DNA of 64,000 bases, taken from the IMG/VR virus record IMGVR_UViG_3300020204_000036, positions 19,771-83,770 of that record. One strand, 5' to 3'. Made by a program: the position numbers and the translations under genes. Source of the stretch: a virus. A model generated the notes under the pieces. That model did no database searches, was not told where the DNA came from, and saw nothing but the letters and a program-made list of their open reading frames with translations. Positions within the stretch are counted from its first letter, which is position 1, and each line of letters begins with the position of its first letter. This document shows, in pieces, positions 41,925 to 52,411 of this stretch.

Positions 41925-43568
41925 ATGGATGATTATATAAAAAACGTTACAAAACAAATAATATCTGAGGAATTAGATAAAAGGATTTTAAGTATAAAAA
42001 ATAAAATATTTGAAAATAAAGACATGAAAAAACAAATGTGCTCAGAGTGCGGAAGTAAGATGTACGAAGGAGAATGTATAGAATGTGGAGATAAGTACGA
42101 AGGAAATATTCAAGAATTAGGAGGAATGGATGACGGACATCCATTATTTGGTGATTTAAATTTTTCCAACATGAACCCCGAAAAAAGAAAAAAAATTAAT
42201 AAGTACCTTGGTATGGAAGATGAATATTCTGATTTTGATGATGAAGATGATAAGTGGAACGCCCCATCACCTGACGAAGATAATAAAGACAAAGGTGGTT
42301 TGGATGAAACTTTCAAATACAAAGGAAGAATAGGGAAACTTAAAACTAAAATGTATCCCAACAAGTTAAAACATGGGGTTACTGAAACAGGTGAGGATGA
42401 AATCTCAGATGGTTGGATGCATGAAGATGACTACGAGGGTTTTACGGATGGTAGAAGAAAAATTGATAAAGCCAAACCATACGGAAAAATTACAGGTGCA
42501 GATTTTAAAGCTCTAAGCTCTATGAAAAAAGAAGTTGAAGAAACTTTATATGAATTAGATTTAGAAGAAGAAGATGTTGAAGAAGGTAACGCATTTTCAG
42601 GAGCATTATCATCGGCACGTGAAAGAGGTTATAAAACTTTTAAGGTTGGTGGTAAAACATATCCTGTTGAAGAATCTTACATCACTGAAAAATGGAAAGG
42701 AGATGTTGAGGTAAAACAAACTGGTGAATATGCCGACATGACTATTGAAGAAGTTGATTCAGCAATTAAAAAATTAAAGAAAAGAAACGCCGAACTCAAA
42801 AGATTGGGCAAAAAAGTACCGAGTTCAAGTAGAGAAAAAATGGGACAACTTTATTTTGCTAAAAGAGCAAAAAAAGATTGGCCAGGAAAAGGTAAAGCAA
42901 AAGTCGAGGAATCTAGATTAATTTTTACTGAAAGTGAAATCATTAACATAATTGAATCAATTGTTATGGAAGAAAAAAGAAAAAAATCAATAAAGGCCGA
43001 TACATACTTAAAATCTTCACTTGAACAATCAAAAAAACAAGAAAAGGATTATATTGATAGTGTTGTTAAAAAAATGAAAGATTACCTTAAAACAGGTTCT
43101 AAAGGTAAATACGAAATGTCACCCAAAGGGTTTCCCAAAGGTAATGGAGAACTTGTTAAAATGGATAAAATGGCTTATGTCCCATCTAAGACTGTTGATG
43201 AGTATATAACAAACTATACCGCATTTTCTTTAGAGAATTTAGATTACGATACTTTCGAACCAAACGATGAGAGAGTTTCTAAGTACATTAAGGGGTCATC
43301 TGAAACAGGAAATAACCCTAAGTGGGCAAATGCTGTTGAAACTCCTGTTAACGACATTAGAGATAAAGTACGTAAAAATAATTATTTAGCTAAACTCAAG
43401 AAAAAGGCTTATAACAAAGCACCGCAACCTGTGGTTTCAGATAAGAGCGGTTCTGAGTCGGGCGCTAATAAAATTATGATGAAATTAGAGTCAGTTAATG
43501 GTAGTGAAGTTATCACTGAAATGGAAAAAATGAAAAGTTTAATTGGTTATAGTAGGAAAACACAATAA
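41925..43568 (+). CDS. Acidic low-complexity protein, putative internal head/core protein
   Basis: TATTTAT promoter, QIISEE leader, CSEC..CIEC, many [ILV]xE sites. Confidence 0.55.
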   Translation: MDDYIKNVTKQIISEELDKRILSIKNKIFENKDMKKQMCSECGSKMYEGECIECGDKYEGNIQELGGMDDGHPLFGDLNFSNMNPEKRKKINKYLGMEDEYSDFDDEDDKWNAPSPDEDNKDKGGLDETFKYKGRIGKLKTKMYPNKLKHGVTETGEDEISDGWMHEDDYEGFTDGRRKIDKAKPYGKITGADFKALSSMKKEVEETLYELDLEEEDVEEGNAFSGALSSARERGYKTFKVGGKTYPVEESYITEKWKGDVEVKQTGEYADMTIEEVDSAIKKLKKRNAELKRLGKKVPSSSREKMGQLYFAKRAKKDWPGKGKAKVEESRLIFTESEIINIIESIVMEEKRKKSIKADTYLKSSLEQSKKQEKDYIDSVVKKMKDYLKTGSKGKYEMSPKGFPKGNGELVKMDKMAYVPSKTVDEYITNYTAFSLENLDYDTFEPNDERVSKYIKGSSETGNNPKWANAVETPVNDIRDKVRKNNYLAKLKKKAYNKAPQPVVSDKSGSESGANKIMMKLESVNGSEVITEMEKMKSLIGYSRKTQ

Positions 43569-43607
43569 TTAAATTCATTTTTATTAAACTTATGTTATAT
43601 TTTTCCC

Positions 43608-44102
43608 ATGTCGTTATCTAATAACATGGGGAATTTTTTTGATTGGTTAGCCAAACCAATGGAAAAAGAAGACGTTGTTGCTTGGTATTTGGCAAATAAT
43701 ATCATACCAGAGTATACAGAACTATTCAGAGATTTTTGTTTTTCTTTTTATGGTTTAATTAAAATCACATATTTGGGTGATGACCATAACGAACCTACAG
43801 AAACCAAAATTGGAATGACAGAACAACAAAATAAAGAACATTTCAATTGGTGTTTAAGCAAAACAGTAGAAAGTTTTAAAAAAGAAAATATTCAATTCAA
43901 TTTAAGTGATAAAGACATTATTTTTTTCGAAAGTTTTTTCTTTGATACTTTTTATAACCAAAAAGATGAAAAAGTAAAAGAAACAATTGATAAATTTTTC
44001 AATCAAATGTTTGATTTAGACACACCTAAAAGTAAATCTGACATTGAAATTTTTACAGAAATATATAAGATGTTGGAAAGGTCTGTAAATCTTATAGACT
44101 AG
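43608..44102 (+). CDS. Hypothetical protein
   Basis: 164-aa ORF. Confidence 0.6.
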   Translation: MSLSNNMGNFFDWLAKPMEKEDVVAWYLANNIIPEYTELFRDFCFSFYGLIKITYLGDDHNEPTETKIGMTEQQNKEHFNWCLSKTVESFKKENIQFNLSDKDIIFFESFFFDTFYNQKDEKVKETIDKFFNQMFDLDTPKSKSDIEIFTEIYKMLERSVNLID

Positions 44103-44163
44103 TGTTTACAATATTTAACCAGTGGTTAAATTAGAAAATAAATAAATGAATAAAAACTTATGA

Positions 44164-44346
44164 ATGGAAACTTTAGAACAAATTAAAGCATTAGTTGAAG
44201 AACTATCAGTCGACACTACAAAATTTTACAATGGAAATAAGTCTGCAGGTATAAGAGCTAGAAAAACTTGCCAACAATTAAAAAGTTTATCACAGATACT
44301 TAGAACTGAAATTTTAAATAGCGGCAAAAAAGAAAAGAATGATTAA
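44164..44346 (+). CDS. Histone H1-like Hc1-family nucleoid protein
   Basis: D..KFYNGNKSAGIRARKTCQQLK...LR signature. Confidence 0.8.
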   Translation: METLEQIKALVEELSVDTTKFYNGNKSAGIRARKTCQQLKSLSQILRTEILNSGKKEKND

Positions 44347-44524
44347 TTATCTATTAATATATTGTTTTATTTTTTGTATATTACTATTATTAAGATTCGT
44401 ATTCAATTTTTACCGGTCTGTTTTTTCTAACCCACCAATACCTTATGAGTTTAAAAAATACGAACAACTATATTATGGTTTATCAATATCATATATATTA
44501 ACTTATTTAATAATGATTTTATGA
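44339..44524 (+). CDS. Small 2-TM membrane protein
   Basis: Two hydrophobic segments. Confidence 0.6.
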   Translation: MINYLLIYCFIFCILLLLRFVFNFYRSVFSNPPIPYEFKKYEQLYYGLSISYILTYLIMIL

Positions 44525-44988
44525 TTTATAGCAACTTTATAAACAAAACGGAAAAATACCTCAAATCAGTTAGGGTTTTGAGAAACTATATAACTTTTGA
44601 TATGACTTTTCCAACAACATGGTCAATGTTAAAAAAAGCACCTGAAAGTGTAGAGATTTTACAAAATCAAGATAATGATTCGAACTTAGTTACATCATTT
44701 GTTTGTGAAAACAATCCTTCTCTTATTGATATTATTGAAAAAACTATCGATTTAGTTGTATCAACAAATTTAGAGAGAGAAGAAAAAGAAAGATTATTTA
44801 AATTAAAAGTTACCGAGCTAAAAAATATTTTTGAAAGCGGTGATATTGACACACTAAGGACTTTAAAATTTGACACTAACGAATTAACAACTTTAAACAC
44901 CAATGGAACAAAACAAAAACTTACATCCGTTACTCAAGGAAATGAAATCACTGAAGGAGGAAGTAGAAAAGTCCAACAAGATAAATGA
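44521..44988 (+). CDS. Hypothetical protein
   Basis: 155 aa, coupled to the previous gene. Confidence 0.6.
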   Translation: MIYSNFINKTEKYLKSVRVLRNYITFDMTFPTTWSMLKKAPESVEILQNQDNDSNLVTSFVCENNPSLIDIIEKTIDLVVSTNLEREEKERLFKLKVTELKNIFESGDIDTLRTLKFDTNELTTLNTNGTKQKLTSVTQGNEITEGGSRKVQQDK

Positions 44989-45115
44989 AGACTTAAAAAA
45001 AAAGTTTTCTTCAGAAATTAAGAATTTCAAACCGTCAGAAATAAAGAATACAATATTCGTAACAAAAAAATTAACCTTATGGGAGAGAATCAAAAGGGCT
45101 TTAGGGACGACTTAG
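44903..45115 (+). CDS. Hypothetical protein
   Basis: 70 aa ending LTLWERIKRALG. Confidence 0.55.
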   Translation: MEQNKNLHPLLKEMKSLKEEVEKSNKINEDLKKKFSSEIKNFKPSEIKNTIFVTKKLTLWERIKRALGTT

Positions 45116-45300
45116 AAAAATTGGCACAAGTTTCAGATTTAATTGAAAGTTCTTTCATAAAAAATGAAAAAGTTGAAGTAAAGGTGTCTTTAGATGAGGG
45201 CACCTTTTCTAATCTATTACAACATCTAATGATTAATCAAAACGAAAAAAAATGTGTGATTCAAATATCTAATTTAGAGTTTACCTTTTTGAAAAAGTAG
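45079..45300 (+). CDS. Hypothetical protein
   Basis: 73 aa. Confidence 0.5.
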   Translation: MGENQKGFRDDLEKLAQVSDLIESSFIKNEKVEVKVSLDEGTFSNLLQHLMINQNEKKCVIQISNLEFTFLKK

Positions 45301-45922
45301 TTTTGTGTCTGTACAAATTTCTTTTACTGTGCCCTTTTTCTGTTAAAACATTATAAACCCATTTTCTTTGGGTAATAGAAACATCCCTTACAAAAATGGC
45401 ATCATTTCTTGAGTTTTGATAAAATAATTTTTCTAAAATGTCCAAAAACCTATGACATTCTTCAATTTCTTTTGTTGAAAAAATGGAAATTTCTTCATTT
45501 ACCTGAACACAAATTTTATTGTTCAAAGTAAAAATGTTTTTAAGTTCACTGTTTTTACAATAAGTGTTTAAAAATTCGTCAAAACCTATTTTAGTTTTAC
45601 TTTGATAATCATAAATTTTTTCTTCTAACTTATAATTGTTAATTTTTAAAAAAACATAATTTTCATTATCCAACTTTGCAACGTTGTTACGACCCATATC
45701 ATCAACAAAATATAAAGTATCTTGAACGTTTGTTTTATTTGTTAGAAGAGCAATATGAAATGAAGATGGGGTTGCGTTTTCTACTTTTTTATCAAAAAGT
45801 ATTTTTGTATTTTTATTTATTAAAACTTTATAAAAGTCGGTTGCTTTTTTTTCTGTGGAATAACGTTTGATAATTTTTCTTTTTTTCCTATTTTTAAAAA
45901 GTACTATTATAAAATTAGACAT
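45281..45922 (-). CDS. Hypothetical basic protein
   Basis: 213-aa minus-strand ORF; local base skew flips. Confidence 0.7.
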   Translation of the reverse strand: MSNFIIVLFKNRKKRKIIKRYSTEKKATDFYKVLINKNTKILFDKKVENATPSSFHIALLTNKTNVQDTLYFVDDMGRNNVAKLDNENYVFLKINNYKLEEKIYDYQSKTKIGFDEFLNTYCKNSELKNIFTLNNKICVQVNEEISIFSTKEIEECHRFLDILEKLFYQNSRNDAIFVRDVSITQRKWVYNVLTEKGHSKRNLYRHKTTFSKR

Positions 45923-45923
45923 T

Positions 45924-46889
45924 ATGAAAAACTATTACCAAATTTTAGAGGTTGACGAAAACGCAACACAAGACGATATAAAAAAAACATATAAAAAATT
46001 AAGTAAGAAATACCATCCAGATGTAAACTCTAAGGGTGAGGAAAAATTTAAAGAATTGTCTGAAGCTTATGAAGTGTTAGGTGACGAAAGAAAAAGACAA
46101 AACTACGATACAAAAAGAAAAAACCCTTTTGGGGGTGGTGACTTTGATTTTGGGTCAATATTTGAAGAAATGATGGGTCAAGGTAGAAGAAAACCAAAAC
46201 CTGCTGATAAAATTGTTGATATTGTTGTAACGGCAGAAGAATCTTACAAGGGGGTTGAAAAAACAATCGAAGTAGATATAAATCAATCTTGTAATACTTG
46301 TAATGGGACTGGTGGAAATAAAAAAACTTGTAATAGATGTGCAGGTAGAGGATTCATCATTCAAACAGTCGGTACTGGTTTTTTTAAAACACAAATACAA
46401 GCGACCTGTACGGATTGTAAAGGTGTTGGTGAATTTTTGATAAATCCATGTCAGGTTTGTTACGGAAATGGAGTAGTATCAAACACCACAAAGTTTAACG
46501 TCCAAATTCCTAAAAATGTTGATAATGGAGATTTTATGAGAATGAAATATAGTGGTGACGAAATTCCAAAGTTTGGTAGAGGAGATTTAATTTTGAAAGT
46601 TATTTGTGTTAAAAATAATAATTTTGAAAAATCTCAAAACGATTTAATATATTATTATAAAATGAATGTTGTTGATTTTTTAACTAATAAAGAATTAGAA
46701 ATACCACATCCAGACGGAACACTTAAGATAAATTTACCTGAAAATTTTGACACAGACAAACCTCTTAGATTAATTGGTAAGGGGTATAAAATGAGTAATG
46801 GGGTAGGTAATTTATACGTTAAGTTAAGTGTTAATAATGTTATAATCACAAACGAACAAAAAGAACAAATAGAAAATATTTTAAAATAA
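45924..46889 (+). CDS. dnaJ: DnaJ co-chaperone (type I)
   Basis: [13 protein letters not shown]-domain, four CxxCxGxG repeats, C-terminal domain; ATG at 45924. Confidence 0.93.
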   Translation: MKNYYQILEVDENATQDDIKKTYKKLSKKYHPDVNSKGEEKFKELSEAYEVLGDERKRQNYDTKRKNPFGGGDFDFGSIFEEMMGQGRRKPKPADKIVDIVVTAEESYKGVEKTIEVDINQSCNTCNGTGGNKKTCNRCAGRGFIIQTVGTGFFKTQIQATCTDCKGVGEFLINPCQVCYGNGVVSNTTKFNVQIPKNVDNGDFMRMKYSGDEIPKFGRGDLILKVICVKNNNFEKSQNDLIYYYKMNVVDFLTNKELEIPHPDGTLKINLPENFDTDKPLRLIGKGYKMSNGVGNLYVKLSVNNVIITNEQKEQIENILK

Positions 46890-47036
46890 AGAAACAATAT
46901 TTTTAATAATTTCAATAGTCCCATAAACTGCGGCAATCAACATATAAACCGCCAATACTGTAATCCATTTTTGTGAGCCTGACATTCCTTTTTTACATGC
47001 ACTACATCCTACTTCTGTTGCTTTTTCTTTTTTCAT
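46881..47036 (-). CDS. Small CxxC plus TM protein (51 aa)
   Basis: [17 protein letters not shown]...[16 protein letters not shown]; TATTTAT upstream on the minus strand. Confidence 0.6.
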   Translation of the reverse strand: MKKEKATEVGCSACKKGMSGSQKWITVLAVYMLIAAVYGTIEIIKNIVSLF

Positions 47037-47130
47037 ACCTATAATTTAATTATGTGTTAGTTGAAAATAAATATCAAAAAAATATTTATTTTTTGACGCA
47101 CTTTTTTATATTAATTGATATTTATATAAT

Positions 47131-47289
47131 ATGGGTAAACCAGGAAGACCAAAAAAAAATGAAGAAAATAAAAAAGTAAAATACGGTATTAGTATTGACC
47201 GATATCTTTTTGATAAAATGAAAAATGAAGAAATAAGTATTTCTAAATTTATACAAGAATTAGTAAAAAAACATTATGAGAAAATATAA
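47131..47289 (+). CDS. Small ribbon-helix-helix-like DNA-binding protein (52 aa)
   Basis: MGKPGRPKK...KYGISID..LFDKM...SISKFIQELV. Confidence 0.65.
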   Translation: MGKPGRPKKNEENKKVKYGISIDRYLFDKMKNEEISISKFIQELVKKHYEKI

Positions 47290-48040
47290 TTTTAATGAAT
47301 ATTTTTTTCACGAGTTGAATGAAAAATCATCATATTGGTTAGGGTTTTTATATGCCGATGGATATACTAGAATGAAAGATGGTAAAAGTGGTGAATTAAA
47401 ATTAAAACTTAAAGATACCGATAAAAATCATATTGAATTGTTTCTTAAAGATTTGGGATGTAATAAATTTATAAAATGTGGAGTTGATAATAAATCTAAA
47501 TTTTGTTCTGTGACAGTTTATTCGAATATAATGGTCAAAAAACTTTTTGAACTCGGATGTGTAAATAACAAAACGTTTAAAATATTACTTCCCGAATTGA
47601 ATGATGAAATTATGTGTCATTTCATCAGAGGATATTTTGATGGTGACGGATGTATTAGTAAAATTAAAGGTAAATGGGATAAAGTGTCAATTGTTGGAAA
47701 TCAAAATTTTATAGAATCCTTAGAAAAATATTTACTTAAGTTTGATATTTCTAAGATTAATATTTATAGTCAAGGTAAAATAAAAATTCTATCAATCACT
47801 AACATAAGTGATATCATCAAATTCAAAAAAATTATTTATAATAACGATACTATTTCTTTAGAAAGAAAAAAAAATAAATTTGACAAAATCAATTATAACT
47901 TTGTGAGTAAAGATGAGTTTTTAAAATTGATTAAGGAAAATAATTTAACTACATTTGGTAAATACGTGAGTTATATTGCATTTAATAAATTATCAAGGTT
48001 TCCAAGAAACCCTGAATCTGAATATAAATTTAAATTTTGA
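47276..48040 (+). CDS. Free-standing LAGLIDADG homing endonuclease
   Basis: YWLGFLYADG and HFIRGYFDGDG motifs. Confidence 0.88.
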   Translation: MRKYNFNEYFFHELNEKSSYWLGFLYADGYTRMKDGKSGELKLKLKDTDKNHIELFLKDLGCNKFIKCGVDNKSKFCSVTVYSNIMVKKLFELGCVNNKTFKILLPELNDEIMCHFIRGYFDGDGCISKIKGKWDKVSIVGNQNFIESLEKYLLKFDISKINIYSQGKIKILSITNISDIIKFKKIIYNNDTISLERKKNKFDKINYNFVSKDEFLKLIKENNLTTFGKYVSYIAFNKLSRFPRNPESEYKFKF

Positions 48041-48044
48041 AAGT

Positions 48045-48884
48045 ATGTTAAGTTGGATAGGAGGTAAATCAAAAATTGGCCGCTGGATTGTCGAATTTTA
48101 CCCAAAAAATATGGAAATATATACCGAGGGATTTGGGGGTATGATGTGGTGTTATTTTAATATGGATTTAAAGCGGTTCCCTAATTTAAAAAGAGTTGTC
48201 TATAATGATTTCAATAATCTCAACTATAATTTATTTAAATGTGTTCAGAATCCACATGAATTGTTGAGAGCAATCAACTCTATTGAGTGTCAACAACAAG
48301 GGGTTGAGAACACCCCTATTCATCTTAAAGAACAATTTATTAACTTTCAGTCCGAAATATTTAACAAAGATTTCAGCGTGACCGATTACGATTATGAAAC
48401 CGCAGCTAAATATGTTTACATTGTTACACAAGTATTTTCAGGGTCCAAACCTGAGACATCATCATATATCGATTTAAAAGGTAAATACAAATCAAAATAT
48501 TTAACCTTTAGAGATAAATTAAATAAACCTGATTGGATTGAACATTTTTTAAATATAACTGATGTTGAAAACATGGATTTTGCCGACGTTATTACTAAAT
48601 ATGATAGTGAAAATACGTTCCATTATATAGACGCCCCCTACTGGAAAACTGAAAACTACTATTCCAATCATGATTTCGATAGACAAGACCATGAGCGTTT
48701 GGCTAATGTTTTGAAAGAAGTAAATGGTAAGTTTGGTATGTCTTACTATAATTTCCCCTTATTATCTGAATGGTTTCCTGAAGACCAATACACTTGGGTT
48801 AAAAAAGAGTTTGCAAAAGCGGCAGCAGCTAAGAAAGGTGAAAAACAAAACATGGGTGAAGAATTACTAATAATGAACTATTAA
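48045..48884 (+). CDS. Dam/D12-class N6-adenine DNA methyltransferase
   Basis: SWIGGKS, EGFGG, VYND, FHYIDAPY, MSYY, EELLIMNY; ATG at 48045. Confidence 0.88.
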   Translation: MLSWIGGKSKIGRWIVEFYPKNMEIYTEGFGGMMWCYFNMDLKRFPNLKRVVYNDFNNLNYNLFKCVQNPHELLRAINSIECQQQGVENTPIHLKEQFINFQSEIFNKDFSVTDYDYETAAKYVYIVTQVFSGSKPETSSYIDLKGKYKSKYLTFRDKLNKPDWIEHFLNITDVENMDFADVITKYDSENTFHYIDAPYWKTENYYSNHDFDRQDHERLANVLKEVNGKFGMSYYNFPLLSEWFPEDQYTWVKKEFAKAAAAKKGEKQNMGEELLIMNY

Positions 48885-48930
48885 TTTTGATTTTCTAAAA
48901 TTCATAATATTTATATATAAAATAATTAAA

Positions 48931-50292
48931 ATGGCTATTAGATTTACCAATATTTTAAGAGATATAATTCTTGAAAGTTCAAGATTTCAAGTTCTTTTTG
49001 ACAAATACGTTAAACCAAAGGAAAGAGGGCAAAAAGGAATGATGCCTTTACAAGTATTATTCAAAATTATTGCAGGAGACCCCACATCAAAAATTCCTGA
49101 TGGTATGACTGAAGATAATGTAACTGTTGAAAAAATGGACAACGTTAAAATTGGTAAGTACACCCAATGGTTGTTGAAAAATTTTGTATCACCAAAAATT
49201 GAATTCGAAAGTGCTATTACCGACCCTAATAGTCCTGCAGTCAAAAAAGCAATTAAGGAATGGCAAGATTTGTTTTTAGAAGATTTGTATAAAACAACTC
49301 AAGATTTGATGAAGTTTGAAAGAAATAAAAACAAATTACCTCAAGAATATAGAGACATCAATAAGTTAACACCAGAAACACTTTACGACCAAGTAAAAGA
49401 TTTCAGCCTAGAAAAAACCAAAGCGTCTAAAGAAGAGAAAAAAGAAGCCTCACAAACATATTCACATCCTGGCGCTGATAATGTTACAAGACTTTCCAAT
49501 TGGACGGTAGTAAAAATTACAAGAACTGATGATTTAGGTAAAGATGCCGCTTGTTTTTATGGTGGTTCCCACAACGAACCAAGTAAAGGTGAAACAAGAT
49601 GGTGTACCTCTTCACCTGGTCTTAGTTATTGGAAATCTTATTTATCAAGAGGGCCACTGTATGTTGTTATTCCAAATTCGCCAACTCCATTTAAAAATTT
49701 TGGTAAAGAATTAGGTGATGTATCAGGATTACCGGCAAACAGATATCAATTCCATTTCCAAGACAAACAGTTTATGGATGCGGATGACAGGCAAATTGAC
49801 CTTGTTGAGTTTTTGAAAAATAATGAAGATTTGAAAGGATATTTCAAACCTGAAATGATGGAAAATATTTTGCAAGGTGTTGATAAAAACAAGGCCACTG
49901 TTGATTACCCAAGAGACCCGGCATCCAAATTTATGGCACTATATGGAACCGAAGAATTTATTAACAGTTTACCTAAAACCATTACGAGACTTGAAATTAT
50001 AGCTAGAGGCTCAGAATTAAAATTCAAATTTCCACAAATGATTGGTGAATTAACAAATCTTACGGCTATTCACTTAGTTGGATGTGTTATATCGTTACCT
50101 GATTCAATTTGTAATCTAAAAAAACTACAATTCTTGTCTTTACCTGATAATCCAGAGTTACAAAAATTACCTAATTGTATTGCAGATTTACCAAGACTTT
50201 CAATTATTAACCTTAAAGGAAGTAATAAAGACGCATTACCTGAAAGTTTACAAAATATCGGAGAAGACTCATCATTACATATTTTTAATTAA
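48931..50292 (+). CDS. Protein with IILE leader and C-terminal leucine-rich repeats
   Basis: LPDSICNLKKLQFLSL, LPNCIADLPRLSIINL; central AACFYG..TRWCT region. Confidence 0.75.
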   Translation: MAIRFTNILRDIILESSRFQVLFDKYVKPKERGQKGMMPLQVLFKIIAGDPTSKIPDGMTEDNVTVEKMDNVKIGKYTQWLLKNFVSPKIEFESAITDPNSPAVKKAIKEWQDLFLEDLYKTTQDLMKFERNKNKLPQEYRDINKLTPETLYDQVKDFSLEKTKASKEEKKEASQTYSHPGADNVTRLSNWTVVKITRTDDLGKDAACFYGGSHNEPSKGETRWCTSSPGLSYWKSYLSRGPLYVVIPNSPTPFKNFGKELGDVSGLPANRYQFHFQDKQFMDADDRQIDLVEFLKNNEDLKGYFKPEMMENILQGVDKNKATVDYPRDPASKFMALYGTEEFINSLPKTITRLEIIARGSELKFKFPQMIGELTNLTAIHLVGCVISLPDSICNLKKLQFLSLPDNPELQKLPNCIADLPRLSIINLKGSNKDALPESLQNIGEDSSLHIFN

Positions 50293-50332
50293 AAATTTCA
50301 CAATTAAGTAAAGTTTAACTAACTTTGTCTTT

Positions 50333-50620
50333 ATGAGTAACGTTGATATTGAAATCTATATGGCAAACCTTGTCAATTTTTTTGACAAAAATCCCGAACA
50401 ATTAAAAATACTTATTGGTGACATCAACAGTGATGTTTTTTTTCAAAAAGTAAGAAAAGTCTGCGAATTAAATGATAAAGATAAAAAAGAATTGGCACCA
50501 ACAAGAAAACAAATGATTGAAATCATTCTTCAAATAAAAAAAGGACCTGACAAAAAAAATATAGAAAAAAACGTCACACTTTTTATGCACCACCATATGG
50601 GTAAAGTATTTCTAAATTAA
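50333..50620 (+). CDS. Hypothetical protein
   Basis: 95 aa behind a TAACTTTG promoter. Confidence 0.6.
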   Translation: MSNVDIEIYMANLVNFFDKNPEQLKILIGDINSDVFFQKVRKVCELNDKDKKELAPTRKQMIEIILQIKKGPDKKNIEKNVTLFMHHHMGKVFLN

Positions 50621-50657
50621 GTTGTTTTTCATTTAGAAATTATATACATTTGTAATT

Positions 50658-52391
50658 ATGCTACAAGTAGAAGGTAAAACATTTCATAAGTTTGTTGAAA
50701 TCAAAACATTCAATACAAGAGTTTTCAAAAACTACTGTCCGATTGAACCCATAGATAATTTTGATAACTTTTTCGATAACTTTATTACAAAAAAAAATTT
50801 AAAATATTTTGATGATTATCAGTCTTTTGATGAGGCGGACTACGAAAAAAATTATGGCAATTTAATGGCGGAACTGCACTTCCAACGTAAAAGAATATAT
50901 GTTGAAGAAGGCGAAGATTCAATTTCCTTAAAGTCTCAGTCTTACGTACGTTATAGGATTTTATCTAATCGGTATTTTGTGGTTAGAAAACAAACTAACT
51001 TTTTGACATTCAATTTCAAAACAAAATTGTTCTATCTTGGAACTTTTAATGGTAAAAACAAAAAGAAAATTGGAACATCAATGAAAGTGAATCCAACTAG
51101 TAATAATATGTATAATATAATTTATGCTTTAAAAATTCATGAAACAATTGATGCCCAAAGCTACCTGTATTTCTTTTTAGGGAAAATTTGGGAAAAGTTA
51201 GAACTAAAAAACCCTCAAAACTTCAAAACAAATAGTGCTTTTTCATTTTATAGTTTGACAAAATACCTAATACAAGGTGTTAAATTACCAAACGAATGGA
51301 TTAAACTTTCCGGCACTTTTGTATCTATTAAAGATTTAAGAAAAAATAATATGAATCTTGTAGATACATTTATGAGTTTATTGAAAATCAAAGGAAGTAA
51401 AGCCAAAAAAATACTAAATGAGGTTAAGTGTTTAGAGTTTGAAAGAATGGTATATTTATATCGAATTTTAGGAATTGATAGATTCAATAAATTGGATGTA
51501 AAAATTTTTGAGGAAACATTAAAAAGACAGTTAAAACCTGAAGATATTGATTCACCATCTGATTGTTATCATCTAACACAACCACATCAAGATAATTATT
51601 TATTTAAAGGTTTAGAATTAACAGATAAAGAAAAAGATAGGATTGTTTTGTTATGTGAAAATATGGACAATTACTTGTTTTCAACATTATGTGAACACAT
51701 TAATTTCAAAAGAAAATTAAAAAAACTTGGTGAAAATGTAAAAATGAAATTTAATTCTATTCACGAGTTTAATGCTGAACACGAAGAATGGAGTAGATTA
51801 ATTCAGTCTTATAGAACAGGCGAAATTGAAAGGTTCTACGGAGACATTGATAGTTTAGAATCACCAATACCACACCAAGGTGAAATATATTATCCAGTTT
51901 TGTTAAAAACATCTTGGGATTATGAAAAAGAATCGCAACATCAAAAAAATTGCGTGAGAACATACGTTGAAAGAGCTGACAGCATAATTTTTTCTATTAG
52001 AAAAGACTCTAAAGATGGGGAGGACAGAATTACGGTTGAATATCAATTCAGAAGTGATGAAGTATTGAATGTTCAAGAAAGAGCTAAATACAACTACCAA
52101 CCGTCATTAGAATTTTCAGAAGTGGCAAATATACAATTGGCAAATATTAACCTTCTTTATAAGTTGAAAACTTTAAAACTACCTACTATGGTTAAAAAGT
52201 ATAGAAACGGAAAAGTTATTGAACAAGTATCCGCATTCCAAATCGCGGAAAATTCAAAAACAAAAATAGTTAACCTTTTACCAAAATGGGAAAATGAAAC
52301 TGAAGAATTAAATACATGGCAACACCAAATTTTAGAACAAGACTATTTACCAGTTGGAGATAACAATTTTTTTGAAGATTTACTTCCATAA
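50658..52391 (+). CDS. PcfJ-like domain protein
   Basis: EHEEW...LKTSWDYEKESQHQKNCVRTY...IFSIR...RITVEY. Confidence 0.7.
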   Translation: MLQVEGKTFHKFVEIKTFNTRVFKNYCPIEPIDNFDNFFDNFITKKNLKYFDDYQSFDEADYEKNYGNLMAELHFQRKRIYVEEGEDSISLKSQSYVRYRILSNRYFVVRKQTNFLTFNFKTKLFYLGTFNGKNKKKIGTSMKVNPTSNNMYNIIYALKIHETIDAQSYLYFFLGKIWEKLELKNPQNFKTNSAFSFYSLTKYLIQGVKLPNEWIKLSGTFVSIKDLRKNNMNLVDTFMSLLKIKGSKAKKILNEVKCLEFERMVYLYRILGIDRFNKLDVKIFEETLKRQLKPEDIDSPSDCYHLTQPHQDNYLFKGLELTDKEKDRIVLLCENMDNYLFSTLCEHINFKRKLKKLGENVKMKFNSIHEFNAEHEEWSRLIQSYRTGEIERFYGDIDSLESPIPHQGEIYYPVLLKTSWDYEKESQHQKNCVRTYVERADSIIFSIRKDSKDGEDRITVEYQFRSDEVLNVQERAKYNYQPSLEFSEVANIQLANINLLYKLKTLKLPTMVKKYRNGKVIEQVSAFQIAENSKTKIVNLLPKWENETEELNTWQHQILEQDYLPVGDNNFFEDLLP

Positions 52392-52411
52392 ATAAAAAAC
52401 TATTCCTTATT

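Noticed and set aside
47276-48884. LAGLIDADG as an intein within the MTase
   Set aside because: Different frame with its own stop; no Cys/His-Asn splice residues
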